64,000 nt of DNA from NCBI GenBank assembly GCA_046052125.1, contig JBJOMY010000005.1, positions 208,376 to 272,375 on the forward strand, read 5' to 3'. Of the stretch, positions 42,672-52,172 are shown piece after piece. Each line of letters opens with the position of its first letter. Positions within the stretch are counted from its first letter, which is position 1. The translations under genes were made by a program, and so were the position numbers. The notes beneath the pieces were generated by a model, which worked only from the letters and a program-made list of their open reading frames with translations, did not search any database and was not told where the DNA came from. This DNA is from Cyanobacteriota bacterium. Its GTDB lineage: Bacteria > Cyanobacteriota > Cyanobacteriia > PCC-6307 > Cyanobiaceae.

Positions 42672-43349
42672 TCACCAAAGGCCGCGGACAGCCGGAGCCG
42701 GCGCTGCAGCAGGGGCCTCAGCGGTGTAGGCCGCGATGCAGGCGGGGGTGTTCATGTACCAGCTCAGCAGCGATGTGGCGCGCTGGCTGTTGGAGGCGTC
42801 GCTCACATCGCACACCTTCATCGAGCCCTGCAGGCGCTGATCGGTGGGCAGGTTCGACATCATCCCGTAGCTCGAAAGCTTGCCGTCAGCCGAGTCGAGA
42901 ATGATGGCGCTGCGCACCGCCTGGATGCTATTGGCCTGGCTGTAGTAGGGGGTGTAATTGTTGTCCTGAATGCTTGCAGTCAGGAACTGCTCACCCTTCT
43001 CGGAGTAGAGGAAACGGGCCACAGCGGCCACGTCCACGTCGTACTCCTTCTGCAGGCCCGCCTGCAGTTCATCGCGGGACCAACCCGAGAGATCCTTGAG
43101 ATCCTTGGGCACGGTGTTGTCGATCACCTCAGTACCGCCCAGGGGCAGCAGGGTGTTGGAGCGCACGAAGCCCTGGCTAACGGCGCGAGCTGTCTGCGTG
43201 GGCAGTCCCTCTTGGATGAAGGTGGGAGCGCCATAGCGCACGCCAGCTTGATCAGAGTTGATGGTGGTGGGCCCTTGGGGGATGGCCTGGGCCGAGAGGC
43301 CTGCAAGCAGGACACCAGCGCCAGCCAAGGGGAGGAGAACCTTGCGCAT
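42672..43349 (-). CDS. Secreted DUF1400-like protein
   Basis: Sec signal ending AQA; VARFLYSEKGEQFL, AVRSAII...DGKLSS...LP pattern. Confidence 0.7.
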   Translation of the reverse strand: MRKVLLPLAGAGVLLAGLSAQAIPQGPTTINSDQAGVRYGAPTFIQEGLPTQTARAVSQGFVRSNTLLPLGGTEVIDNTVPKDLKDLSGWSRDELQAGLQKEYDVDVAAVARFLYSEKGEQFLTASIQDNNYTPYYSQANSIQAVRSAIILDSADGKLSSYGMMSNLPTDQRLQGSMKVCDVSDASNSQRATSLLSWYMNTPACIAAYTAEAPAAAPAPAVRGLW

Positions 43350-43454
43350 GGTTGTGCAGAAGATGACTCTCCAGGTATGGCGAGCTGGTGGTCCGCCATG
43401 GACCTTCTGAAGGTTGATTTAAGAATCGGTTGTCAAATAACAAGATTCAGGGGT

Positions 43455-43964
43455 TCAGCCCTGGGCTCTGGTTCGCCGCGCCGGCAGCTCCAGGGGCTGC
43501 CAGCCATTCGGGCAGAGCAGCACGTCTCGGCGCAGGCGAAAGTCTCCGGGTTCACCGCGGCCGCTGCAGGCCATGCCTCTTGGCACGCTCTCCTCGGCCT
43601 GCACCCGGGCCACGTAGCGCTCATCCCCGCTGCGGGGGATCAACAGCAGTTGCACCATCTCCGGTTCCTCAGTGATGCGGGCCTCCATGTCTTCGGGCGG
43701 CTCCAGACCCAACACGTCGAGGTATCCGGTGAAGCTGCCCCAGAAGTAACGGGTGATCTCTCCACCTACGAACTGGCTCAACACAGCGGTGGCGCGGGAG
43801 CGCACATCCTGCTGGGCTTCCTGGCTGGCCAAATCAGCCAACACCCGATCGGTGGCCGCACCGGTGCGGGTGGCGGGTGGCGGCAACAACCGCAGCTGCA
43901 CGAGCCCCGCCACGCCGAACAGGCTCAACAGCGTGAGCACACTGAATCGCAGGGCAATCGGCAT
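43455..43964 (-). CDS. Hypothetical membrane-anchored protein, type IV pilin-like G/H resemblance
   Basis: N-terminal TM; F.G.LD.LGL and C-terminal C...CPNGW. Confidence 0.55.
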   Translation of the reverse strand: MPIALRFSVLTLLSLFGVAGLVQLRLLPPPATRTGAATDRVLADLASQEAQQDVRSRATAVLSQFVGGEITRYFWGSFTGYLDVLGLEPPEDMEARITEEPEMVQLLLIPRSGDERYVARVQAEESVPRGMACSGRGEPGDFRLRRDVLLCPNGWQPLELPARRTRAQG

Positions 43965-43999
43965 GCGGCAGCCTGCCTAGGGCTGGGAACGGCCGGACG

Positions 44000-44689
44000 C
44001 TAGCCCCAGATTCCCTGCTCGGCTGCCTCACCCACCACGGCGCACAACCAGCCGTTACGCAGCTGGATCTGGCAGGCCGGTTGCCAACCCTGCTGAAGAT
44101 GTTGCAGCTGTTGCAGGTTGGCGTTCCAGCACCAATGGCGCAGATCACTCGCCAAGCTGCTGCGCTGCCATTTGATCGCCGCTTCCTTACGCACCCAGCT
44201 CGCGAGCACCGCTGCCGGGCGTTCGGCCGCAGCAACGCTCTGCAGGTGCTGCCATTCCTGGGCGGGGAAGAAACGCCGGGCCAGCAGCTCCGCCTGAATC
44301 GGCCGCTGCTGCCATTCCAAATCCACACCGATCGGCCAAGGCGACCAGGCCAGCAAAAGCTGATCGCGGCTGTGGCTGAGGCTCACATGGCCAAAGCCCT
44401 CCGCCAGGATCGGCGCTTCGCCAGGCTGACTGTGCAAAGGGACCTCCTGGGCCTGGAGTTCCAGCAAGGCCGCTAACTGGCGGCGCAACAGACCCCGACT
44501 ACGCAGGTAACGCGGCCGCCGCGGCGCTGGTAGCCGCTGCGCCCAGGCCTGCTCGCGATCAGACACCCACAACGCATCGGTGCCAGCGAGAGCGAGCAGC
44601 CACAGACGCGGTTGGCCAAGGTGATGCAGCTGTGCCGCGGTGCTCAGGGCTCCCCTTAGGCTCCCGCCATTCTGTTGAAGCCCTGCCAT
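44000..44689 (-). CDS. Sfp-type 4'-phosphopantetheinyl transferase; start uncertain
   Basis: VSLSHS, PIGVDLE, WVRKEAAIK. Confidence 0.9.
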   Translation of the reverse strand: MAGLQQNGGSLRGALSTAAQLHHLGQPRLWLLALAGTDALWVSDREQAWAQRLPAPRRPRYLRSRGLLRRQLAALLELQAQEVPLHSQPGEAPILAEGFGHVSLSHSRDQLLLAWSPWPIGVDLEWQQRPIQAELLARRFFPAQEWQHLQSVAAAERPAAVLASWVRKEAAIKWQRSSLASDLRHWCWNANLQQLQHLQQGWQPACQIQLRNGWLCAVVGEAAEQGIWG

Positions 44690-45155
44690 GGCTCTGCAAA
44701 CCGGCGATGCCGCTCCCGCGTTCACCCTTCCCGACCAGGACGGCAATGCAGTGAGCCTGGCCAGTTTCAAGGGCCAGCGCGTGGTGATCTACTTCTATCC
44801 CAAGGACGACACCCCCGGCTGCACCAAGGAAGCCTGCAACTTCCGCGATCAATGGGCTGCCTTCAAGCAGCACAACATCGCCGTACTGGGCATCAGTAAA
44901 GACGGAGCGGTCAGCCACAGCAAGTTCATCAGCAAATACGAGCTGCCGTTCACCCTGCTCACCGACGCCGAGCCCTGCCCGGTGGCCGAAAGCTTTGGCA
45001 GCTATGGCCTCAAGAAGTTCATGGGCCGCGAATACATGGGGATGATGCGCCACACCTTCGTGGTGGATGCCGAAGGCAAGATCGAGAAGGCCTACACGAA
45101 AGTGAAAGCCGAAACCATGGCCGACGACATCCTGCGGGATCTGGGCCTGGCCTGA
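44688..45155 (+). CDS. bcp: Thioredoxin-dependent thiol peroxidase (BCP/PrxQ)
   Basis: YFYPKDDTPGCTKEAC. Confidence 0.96.
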   Translation: MALQTGDAAPAFTLPDQDGNAVSLASFKGQRVVIYFYPKDDTPGCTKEACNFRDQWAAFKQHNIAVLGISKDGAVSHSKFISKYELPFTLLTDAEPCPVAESFGSYGLKKFMGREYMGMMRHTFVVDAEGKIEKAYTKVKAETMADDILRDLGLA

Positions 45156-45165
45156 GGCCAACCCC

Positions 45166-45864
45166 TCAGGGCAGCAGCCCAACCGCCGGGAGCGCCGCCA
45201 TGGCTTCCAAGGCCAGATCCGGCGCCCACACCGGCTTGAGCTGCTGCTCCTCCAACAACGGCATCAGCCCCGGCGCATCCCCACCGGTGAGCCAAAGGCT
45301 TGTCGGTGGGCTCTCGCGGCACGCCTGGCGCCACGCCTGCGCGATCGCCGCGGCCACCCCTCGCCGGCAGCCTTCGGCCATGGCGGACTCCGTGTGAATC
45401 GGCCAGGCTTCGCCCATCTCCGCCCCTGCAGCGTTCACCGCAGGCAGCTGGGCTGTTGATCCCGTGAGCGCTCGCAACTGGAGAGCCACACCCGCGCTGA
45501 TCAAGCCACCGGCGAAGCCACCGTCGGCGCTCACCCGGGTCAGGCTCAAGGCCGTGCCGGCATCGGCCACCAACACCGCACTCCCCTGCTGCTGCCAGGC
45601 ACGCCAGCCCACCAGGGCGCGATCGATGCCCAGCCAGGGCGGCAGCCCCTGCAGAGGCACATCCTCAAGGGCAATCCGCCGGGCGGAGCTAGATGCCAAC
45701 CGCAGGGGCAACGCACCAACCGCAGCCCAGGCCTGCAAAGTTCCTGCGTCCGCCGGATCAAGGGAAGACGCTGGCGCGGTGTGCCAACAGCGCAACTCAC
45801 CTGAACCGGCGTCCAGCTCGGCCCAGTGCCAGCGGCTGTTGCCGATCAGCAACAGCCGCCCCAC
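45166..45864 (-). CDS. coaX: Type III pantothenate kinase
   Basis: IGNSRWHW, LGIDR, DAGTALS, GGLISAG, LTGGDA. Confidence 0.9.
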   Translation of the reverse strand: MGRLLLIGNSRWHWAELDAGSGELRCWHTAPASSLDPADAGTLQAWAAVGALPLRLASSSARRIALEDVPLQGLPPWLGIDRALVGWRAWQQQGSAVLVADAGTALSLTRVSADGGFAGGLISAGVALQLRALTGSTAQLPAVNAAGAEMGEAWPIHTESAMAEGCRRGVAAAIAQAWRQACRESPPTSLWLTGGDAPGLMPLLEEQQLKPVWAPDLALEAMAALPAVGLLP

Positions 45865-45865
45865 C

Positions 45866-46603
45866 TCAGATGCCCTCGCCGGCCATCCCGGGCAAGTGAA
45901 TACCGCATTCCTGCTTGAGGCCCCCAAAGCGGGTGGCACGGCCGCTGATGCCGCCATCGTCTGGCGCGCTGGAATGCCAGTCGCCCACGGTGGAATAGCC
46001 CTTCTCGAACAACGGGTGTTGAGGCAGCCCGTGTTCCTGCATGTAATAGAAGACGTCTTTGTTGGTCCAGGCGAGCAGGGGCCTCAGGGCCCAGCGGCCC
46101 CGCACCTCGGCCAGCGGTTGCATGGTGCTGCGGTGATCGGTCTGGCGGCCGCGCACCCCGCTGGCCCAGCAGCGCACCTGCAGGGCATCAAGAGCGCGAT
46201 CGAGCGGTTCCACCTTGCGGATGCGGTGGTACGTCTCCATGTCTTCAACCTGGCCGGTCTCCCAGAGGCGGCCGTGCAGGGCCTCCATCCGGGCCGGGCT
46301 GATCTCCGCCTGCGCCACGTGCACCCGCAGATCCAGCAGCTCGATCAGGGTTTCGGCGTAGTGATAGGTCTCCGGTGGCAGATAGCCGGTATCCACCCAG
46401 ATCACCGGCACCTTGCGATCCAGCTGGCTGATCAGATGCAGCGACACCGCCGCCTGAATGCCAAAACTGGTGGTGAGGCTGAACCCGTCGCCGAACTGCT
46501 CCACCCCCCAGCGCAGGCGCCCCAGGGCATCGCGCTGCTCCAGCTCACGGCAAGCCTGCTGGGCATCAATAGCCGGAGCGCTGATCGCCGAGGTGGTGGT
46601 CAT
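45866..46603 (-). CDS. cysH: Phosphoadenylyl-sulfate reductase
   Basis: SFGIQ, DTGYL, RKVEPL, GYSTVGDWH, ECGIH; no Fe-S Cys set. Confidence 0.95.
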   Translation of the reverse strand: MTTTSAISAPAIDAQQACRELEQRDALGRLRWGVEQFGDGFSLTTSFGIQAAVSLHLISQLDRKVPVIWVDTGYLPPETYHYAETLIELLDLRVHVAQAEISPARMEALHGRLWETGQVEDMETYHRIRKVEPLDRALDALQVRCWASGVRGRQTDHRSTMQPLAEVRGRWALRPLLAWTNKDVFYYMQEHGLPQHPLFEKGYSTVGDWHSSAPDDGGISGRATRFGGLKQECGIHLPGMAGEGI

Positions 46604-46691
46604 CCCCCCATCCTCCAATGCCAGGGGGAATGGCTTCCGCCCCCACAGCTGCTGGTTAGGGTTCGCGCAACTCCCCCGACCCGTCGGAACC

Positions 46692-47870
46692 GTGCCACCA
46701 GCCGAGGCCGAACAGCAACCCGTTGTGGTGGTGGGAGGTGGCTTCGGAGGACTGAGCGCCGCCCTGCAGCTGGCGGCGGCCACGCCGTCGATGCCGGTGG
46801 TGCTGATCGAGCCCCAGGAACGCTTTTTGTTCCTGCCGCTGCTCTACGAACTGCTCAGCCATGAGCTCAGGCGCTGGGAAGTAGCCCCGCGCTATGGGGA
46901 GCTCCTGGCGGGGAAGGGTGTGGTGTGGCTGCAGGAACGGGTGACCCGCATCGACACCGAAACCCGCGAGCTGCACACCGACGCGGGCCAGGGGTTGTAT
47001 TACGGGCAGTTGGTGCTCGCCACTGGCGGCAAACCATGCACTTACGGCATCCCCGGTGTGGCCGAGCACTGCATCGGTTTTCGCAGCCTCGCGGATGTGG
47101 ATCAGCTGCAGCAGCTGGTGGAGCGTCTGCGGCAACAGCAACGCCCGCTGCAGCGGATCGTGATTGTGGGGGCCGGGGCCAGTGGTGTGGAGCTGGCCTG
47201 CAAGCTCGCCGACCTGCTGCAGGGAGCGGCGGTGATCGAACTGATCGAACAAGGGGAGGAGCTGCTACCAGGAGCGCGCTCGTTCAACCGCGATCAGGCG
47301 CGCGAAGCGCTGCTCAAACGCGATATCCGCCTGCGCACGGGCACCCGGGTCACGGCGGTGGGAGCGGCTTCCCTCAGCCTGCAGCGCGGTGATGGCACCA
47401 GCTTGGAAGAGCTCAGCTGCGATGGCGTGATCTGGACGGGCGGTGTGGTGGGCAGCGTGCCTGCGATCACACCGGCTCTAGAGCTAGACCCACGGGGGCG
47501 TCTCCACTGCGACCGGGAGCTGCGGGTGGTGAGTGCCCCGCACGTGTTTGCCATGGGGGATGCCGCCATCTGTCCTGATGCCAGCGGCGATAGTCATCCC
47601 GCCACGGCCCAGGTGGCTTACCAACAGGCCGCCTGCGTGGCAGCCAACGTGCAGCGCGATCGCCGCGGCGAGGAGCTCGAGCCGTTTATCTGGAACGATC
47701 TGGGCGAAATGCTGGGGCTGGGCATCGGCCAAGCCACGCTCACCGGCATGGGCATCACCCTGGCCGGCCCCGCGGCGTTCCAGCTGCGGCGCCTGGCTTA
47801 CCTGGCCCGGATGCCGGGCCTGCAGCATCAGCTGCGCGTGGCCGGCGGCTGGCTGGCTGATTGGTTCTGA
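46692..47870 (+). CDS. Type II NADH dehydrogenase-like FAD oxidoreductase
   Basis: GGGFGG, FLPLLYE, GAGASGVELA, FAMGD, ATAQVAYQQA. Confidence 0.9.
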   Translation: MPPAEAEQQPVVVVGGGFGGLSAALQLAAATPSMPVVLIEPQERFLFLPLLYELLSHELRRWEVAPRYGELLAGKGVVWLQERVTRIDTETRELHTDAGQGLYYGQLVLATGGKPCTYGIPGVAEHCIGFRSLADVDQLQQLVERLRQQQRPLQRIVIVGAGASGVELACKLADLLQGAAVIELIEQGEELLPGARSFNRDQAREALLKRDIRLRTGTRVTAVGAASLSLQRGDGTSLEELSCDGVIWTGGVVGSVPAITPALELDPRGRLHCDRELRVVSAPHVFAMGDAAICPDASGDSHPATAQVAYQQAACVAANVQRDRRGEELEPFIWNDLGEMLGLGIGQATLTGMGITLAGPAAFQLRRLAYLARMPGLQHQLRVAGGWLADWF

Positions 47871-47893
47871 CCGAGACCCACCCCGCCTTGCCG

Positions 47894-48571
47894 ATGACCC
47901 ACCAGCGCCGACCCGAGGGATTGCTGCTCGATGCGATGGGCACCCTGATCGGACTGCGGCGCTCGGTGGGCAGCACCTACGCCGCCTTTGCCGCCGAACA
48001 CGGCGTGATCGTGGAAGCGGAGGCGATCAACGCTGTCTTCCCAAGACTGTTCCGAGCAGCGCCGCCGCTGGCCTTTCCGGGCTTGGAAGGCGACGCGTTG
48101 CTGGAAGCGGAGCAGGCTTGGTGGATCGAGCTGATTACGGCGTCCTTGAAGGCCTGCGGCCATGAGGAGCCTTTGCCAGCGGCCTTGGGGCCCGCCCTGT
48201 TCGAGCACTTCGCCACCGCTGAGCCCTGGCAGGTGTACGCCGATGTAGCCGAGCATCTCCAGCGCTGGCGTAGCGCTGGTCTGAAGCTGGCGGTGGTGAG
48301 CAATTTCGATCAGCGCCTGCACCGCCTCCTGGAGCACCTGGAGCTCTCGTCCTTGCTGGATGCGGTGGTGGTGTCGTCGCAGGTGGGTGCCGCCAAACCC
48401 GATCCGCTGCCCTTCCAACGGGCGCTGCAGCTGCTGAACCTCCCCGCTGAAGCGGCCTGGCACATCGGCGACAGCCCGGAGGATGAAGCGGGCGCCAAGG
48501 CCGCTGGAGTGCACTGCGTGCTGATCCAGAGACAACAGCCCGCCGGCACACCCGGCGGCGGAGTCGCTTGA
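47894..48571 (+). CDS. HAD-IA hydrolase (REG-2-like)
   Basis: DAMGTL, VSNFD, KPDP, HIGDS. Confidence 0.9.
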   Translation: MTHQRRPEGLLLDAMGTLIGLRRSVGSTYAAFAAEHGVIVEAEAINAVFPRLFRAAPPLAFPGLEGDALLEAEQAWWIELITASLKACGHEEPLPAALGPALFEHFATAEPWQVYADVAEHLQRWRSAGLKLAVVSNFDQRLHRLLEHLELSSLLDAVVVSSQVGAAKPDPLPFQRALQLLNLPAEAAWHIGDSPEDEAGAKAAGVHCVLIQRQQPAGTPGGGVA

Positions 48572-50202
48572 AACAAACCGCCCTGCTGGGCCGCACCGCC
48601 GGCCTGCGCCCTGCCCAGTCCCGCCGGCTTGAGCGCCTCAGCCACCGCCGTCACCCGGAAACCTTCGGCGCCGACCTCCTCACCCTGCAGCGCCTGGCGG
48701 CCGAAAGCAGCGAGCTGGAACTGCCCCTCAGCCTGGTGGTCGATGGCCGCGGCCTTTGCCGGCTGCTGTGGGTGGGGCCGCTGGAGCAATCGGGGCGGCT
48801 GCTGGAGCGGCTGCCCGGCGGTCCCCGCCGCCAGGGCAGCGATCTGCGCCTGATCACCTGCGTGGGCCGCGCCAAGCAACTGGAGCCCCACGGCAGCGAA
48901 GCGGTGGTGGGGCTCGATCTCGATCCCCAGCTGTGGCTGCGCTTCGGGCAGCACCCGGAGGCGGGCGGCCACTGGCCCGCCGCTGCCTACCTCCCAGGTG
49001 GCGATCCAGCCCACCCCTGGCAGCAACAGGCCAACGAGGACCTAGCCGAGCTCTGCCAGTGGATCCCGCCGGAGCGCACGGCGGTGCAGCCCGTGGCCAA
49101 AGCCGGGGGGCTAGAGCAGGTGCTGTTGCTGGTGCTCAGCCCCGGCGACCCTGAGGCAGCCCGCCGCGAGATCGCCGAGCTGGAGGGTTTGGTGCGCAGC
49201 GCCGGATCGGTGCCGGTGGGGCTGGTGGTGCAACGCAAGGCCTCAGGCTCACCGCAGACCCTCTGGGGCGAAGGAAAACTGCGCGAAGCGGCCCTCGAAG
49301 CCAGGCGCCTGGGGGCCTCTCTGGTGGTGACCGACCGCGAACTCACCCCCGCCCAAGCCCGCAATCTCGAGCGGATCTTGGATCTGCCGGTGAGCGATCG
49401 CAGCGAGCTGATCCTCGACATCTTTGCCCAGCGGGCCGCCAGTGGTGCAGGACGGCTGCAGGTGGAGCTGGCGCAGCTGCGCTACCGCCTACCCCGGCTC
49501 GTGGGCCGCGGCCTGAGCCTCTCGCGCCAGGGGGGCGGAATAGGAACGCGCGGCCCCGGCGAAACGCAGCTGGAGAAGGATCGCCGCGCCATTGCCCGCC
49601 GCATCGACAAGCTCCAGCGCGACGTGCAGAAACTGCGGGAACACCGGGCCCGCCTACGCAGCAGCCGCCGTGGCCTGCCGCGGTTCGCCTTGGTGGGCTA
49701 CACGAACGCTGGCAAAAGCTCCCTGCTCAATGCCCTGAGCAAGCCTGCCGCTGGCGAGGGGGTGCTGGCTGAAAACAAGCTCTTCGCCACCCTGGATCCC
49801 ACCACCAGGCGCATCAGCCGGCCCGAGCCAAGCGGTGGTCCGCCGCAAACGCTGCTCCTCACCGACACGGTGGGCTTCATCCGCGCCCTGCCGCCGCCAC
49901 TGGTGGAAGCATTCCGCTCCACCCTCGAAGAAACCCTGGAAGCGGATCAGCTGCTGCTGGTGGTGGATCTCTCCGATCCGGGCTGGCCAGAGCAGCTCAG
50001 CACCGTGCACTCGATCCTCGATGAACTGGGCAGCGACACTCCACGGCGGCTGATCGGCAACCAGATCGACCGCTGCCCCGCCGAAGCCGTGGCCCAGGCC
50101 AGAGCGCTCGACCCACTGGCCCTATTCATCTCGGCCACGGCTGGCCTCGGCCTGGAAAGCCTTCGCGACTGGCTGTTCAGCGAAACGCACACCAGCGATT
50201 GA
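48568..50202 (+). CDS. hflX: GTPase HflX
   Basis: ILDIFAQRA, GPGETQLE, GYTNAGKS, LFATLDPT, DTVGFI. Confidence 0.96.
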   Translation: MKQTALLGRTAGLRPAQSRRLERLSHRRHPETFGADLLTLQRLAAESSELELPLSLVVDGRGLCRLLWVGPLEQSGRLLERLPGGPRRQGSDLRLITCVGRAKQLEPHGSEAVVGLDLDPQLWLRFGQHPEAGGHWPAAAYLPGGDPAHPWQQQANEDLAELCQWIPPERTAVQPVAKAGGLEQVLLLVLSPGDPEAARREIAELEGLVRSAGSVPVGLVVQRKASGSPQTLWGEGKLREAALEARRLGASLVVTDRELTPAQARNLERILDLPVSDRSELILDIFAQRAASGAGRLQVELAQLRYRLPRLVGRGLSLSRQGGGIGTRGPGETQLEKDRRAIARRIDKLQRDVQKLREHRARLRSSRRGLPRFALVGYTNAGKSSLLNALSKPAAGEGVLAENKLFATLDPTTRRISRPEPSGGPPQTLLLTDTVGFIRALPPPLVEAFRSTLEETLEADQLLLVVDLSDPGWPEQLSTVHSILDELGSDTPRRLIGNQIDRCPAEAVAQARALDPLALFISATAGLGLESLRDWLFSETHTSD

Positions 50203-50257
50203 CGTCAGTCGATGGGCTGGCTATGTCAGCATCTGGCCCATTCCTCAACCCGGCTCC

Positions 50258-50893
50258 ATGGCGCTCCAACTGGGCGACACCGTCCCCGATTTCACCCAGA
50301 ACTCCCAGCTGGGTCCGATCAACCTCTACGACTTCGCTGGCGACAGCTGGGTGGTGCTCTTCTCCCACCCCGCCGACTACACCCCCGTGTGCACCACCGA
50401 GCTGGGTGAGGTGTCGCGCCTGCGCTCCGAGTGGGAGAAGCGCAACGTGAAAACCATCGCCCTGAGCGTGGACTCCGCCGAGAGCCATGGCGGCTGGATC
50501 TGCGACATCAACGAAACGCAGAACACCACGGTCGACTACCCGATCCTCGCCGATGAGGACAAGAAGGTGAGCGATCTCTACGGGATGATCCACCCGAACT
50601 CGCTCAACAACCTCACGGTGCGCTCGGTGTTCATCATCGACCCGAACAAAAAGCTGCGCCTGCAGATCACCTATCCCGCCAGCACCGGCCGGAACTTCCA
50701 GGAAATCCTGCGGGTGATCGACTCCCTGCAGCTCACCGACCACCACCAGGTGGCCACCCCGGTGAACTGGAAAGACGGCGACGACTGCGTCGTGGTGCCT
50801 TCGATCCCCACCGACGAAGCCCGCACCAAGTTCCCCAAGGGCGTGACCGAGATCAAGCCCTACCTGCGCATGACCCCGCAGCCCAACAAGTGA
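50258..50893 (+). CDS. 1-Cys peroxiredoxin (Prx6)
   Basis: FSHPADYTPVCTTE, YPASTGRNF, ATPVNW. Confidence 0.96.
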   Translation: MALQLGDTVPDFTQNSQLGPINLYDFAGDSWVVLFSHPADYTPVCTTELGEVSRLRSEWEKRNVKTIALSVDSAESHGGWICDINETQNTTVDYPILADEDKKVSDLYGMIHPNSLNNLTVRSVFIIDPNKKLRLQITYPASTGRNFQEILRVIDSLQLTDHHQVATPVNWKDGDDCVVVPSIPTDEARTKFPKGVTEIKPYLRMTPQPNK

Positions 50894-50918
50894 GCCACTG
50901 AGGCTCGCCCCAACCCTC

Positions 50919-50950
50919 AAGCCCCCGGAGAATGCCCGGGGGCTTTTTTT
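50919..50950 (+). terminator. Intrinsic terminator after the peroxiredoxin gene
   Basis: AAGCCCCCGG-loop-CCGGGGGCTT with T7 tail. Confidence 0.88.
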
Positions 50951-50956
50951 GTGGCC

Positions 50957-52147
50957 ATGCGGGTGTTGGGTCTGATGAGCGGCACCAGCGCCGATGGCGT
51001 GGACGCGGTGCTGGCCAGCTTCGAAGGTCCACCGCGCCGCCCCCGCTGGCGCCTGCTCAGCCGCGCCGCCGTTCCCTACCCGAACGAGCTGCACAACCGC
51101 CTGATCGCCGCAGGCCAGGGGCAGCCGCTTGGCGCGGCCGATGTGCTGGAGCTGGGCGAGGCGCTCACCGAGATCCAGGCCGAGGCCGCGCGCGCCTGCG
51201 ACCCCGACGGCCGCGCTGAATTGGTGGGCTGCCACGGCCAGACCCTCTGGCATCGGCCGCCTTCTGGCCAGCGCCGCGGCAGCAGCTGGCAACTGCTGCA
51301 CGGACCGCTGCTCGCAGAGCTGTTGCAGCGGCCGGTGGTGTTCGATTTCCGCGCTGCCGATCTAGCCCTGGGCGGCCAGGGCGCGCCGCTGGTGCCTGCC
51401 GCCGATGCGGCTTTGCTGCCGGCCATTGGGGGCTGGCGCGGGCTGCTCAACCTGGGGGGCATCGCCAACCTCACGCTGCTCCCGCCTGCGGCAGGGCCCG
51501 ATCGCGCCGCCGCCGTGCTCGGCTGGGATTGCGGCCCCGCGAACACCCTGCTGGATCTGGCCGTGGCCCACTTCAGCGGCGGATCCCAGCGCTTCGATGC
51601 CGGCGGCCAGTGGAGTGCCCAGGGGCAGGTGGATGAAGGGTTGCTGAGCCAGTGGCTGCAGGAGCCCTACCTGCAACAAACGCCACCGAAATCCACCGGG
51701 CGCGAACTCTTTGGCAGGCCTGATCTCGAGCGGAGACTCCAGCAGTTGAGCCAATCGGCTCAGAGCAGGGGGGAAGAACTAGAGCCTGCAAACGCTCTCG
51801 CCAGCCTGACCGCCTTCACAGCCGCCGTGGTGGCGCAGGATCTCAGCCGCAGCCCCGCCCTGGTGGAACTCCTGGTGGCCGGCGGTGGCGCCCGCAACAC
51901 CCAGCTGATGCAAGAACTGCGCCGCCGCTGCCGCGGCCTGGAGCTGCGGCCCCTGGCTGAGCTGGGCATCGCCGACAGCGACCGGGAGGCCCTGGCCTTC
52001 GCCCTGCTGGCCTGGTGGCACCAGCTGGGCGTCTGCGGATCCCTGCCTTCGGTGACAGGAGCACGGCAGGCGGCGGTGTTGGGCCTGCTCGCTAAGCCAA
52101 GTCAACTTCCACCACGAAGCGCGGGCAGATCCAGCGGCCGTTCATAG
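50957..52147 (+). CDS. anmK: Anhydro-N-acetylmuramic acid kinase
   Basis: GLMSGTSADGVD, GCHGQT, GGQGAPL, NLGGIAN, PKSTGRELF. Confidence 0.96.
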   Translation: MRVLGLMSGTSADGVDAVLASFEGPPRRPRWRLLSRAAVPYPNELHNRLIAAGQGQPLGAADVLELGEALTEIQAEAARACDPDGRAELVGCHGQTLWHRPPSGQRRGSSWQLLHGPLLAELLQRPVVFDFRAADLALGGQGAPLVPAADAALLPAIGGWRGLLNLGGIANLTLLPPAAGPDRAAAVLGWDCGPANTLLDLAVAHFSGGSQRFDAGGQWSAQGQVDEGLLSQWLQEPYLQQTPPKSTGRELFGRPDLERRLQQLSQSAQSRGEELEPANALASLTAFTAAVVAQDLSRSPALVELLVAGGGARNTQLMQELRRRCRGLELRPLAELGIADSDREALAFALLAWWHQLGVCGSLPSVTGARQAAVLGLLAKPSQLPPRSAGRSSGRS

Positions 52148-52172
52148 GGTGAGGCAATCGGCCAGCAAGTTC

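Noticed and set aside
45464..46864. 466-aa plus-strand ORF
   Set aside because: Antisense to coaX and cysH, which have clear motifs
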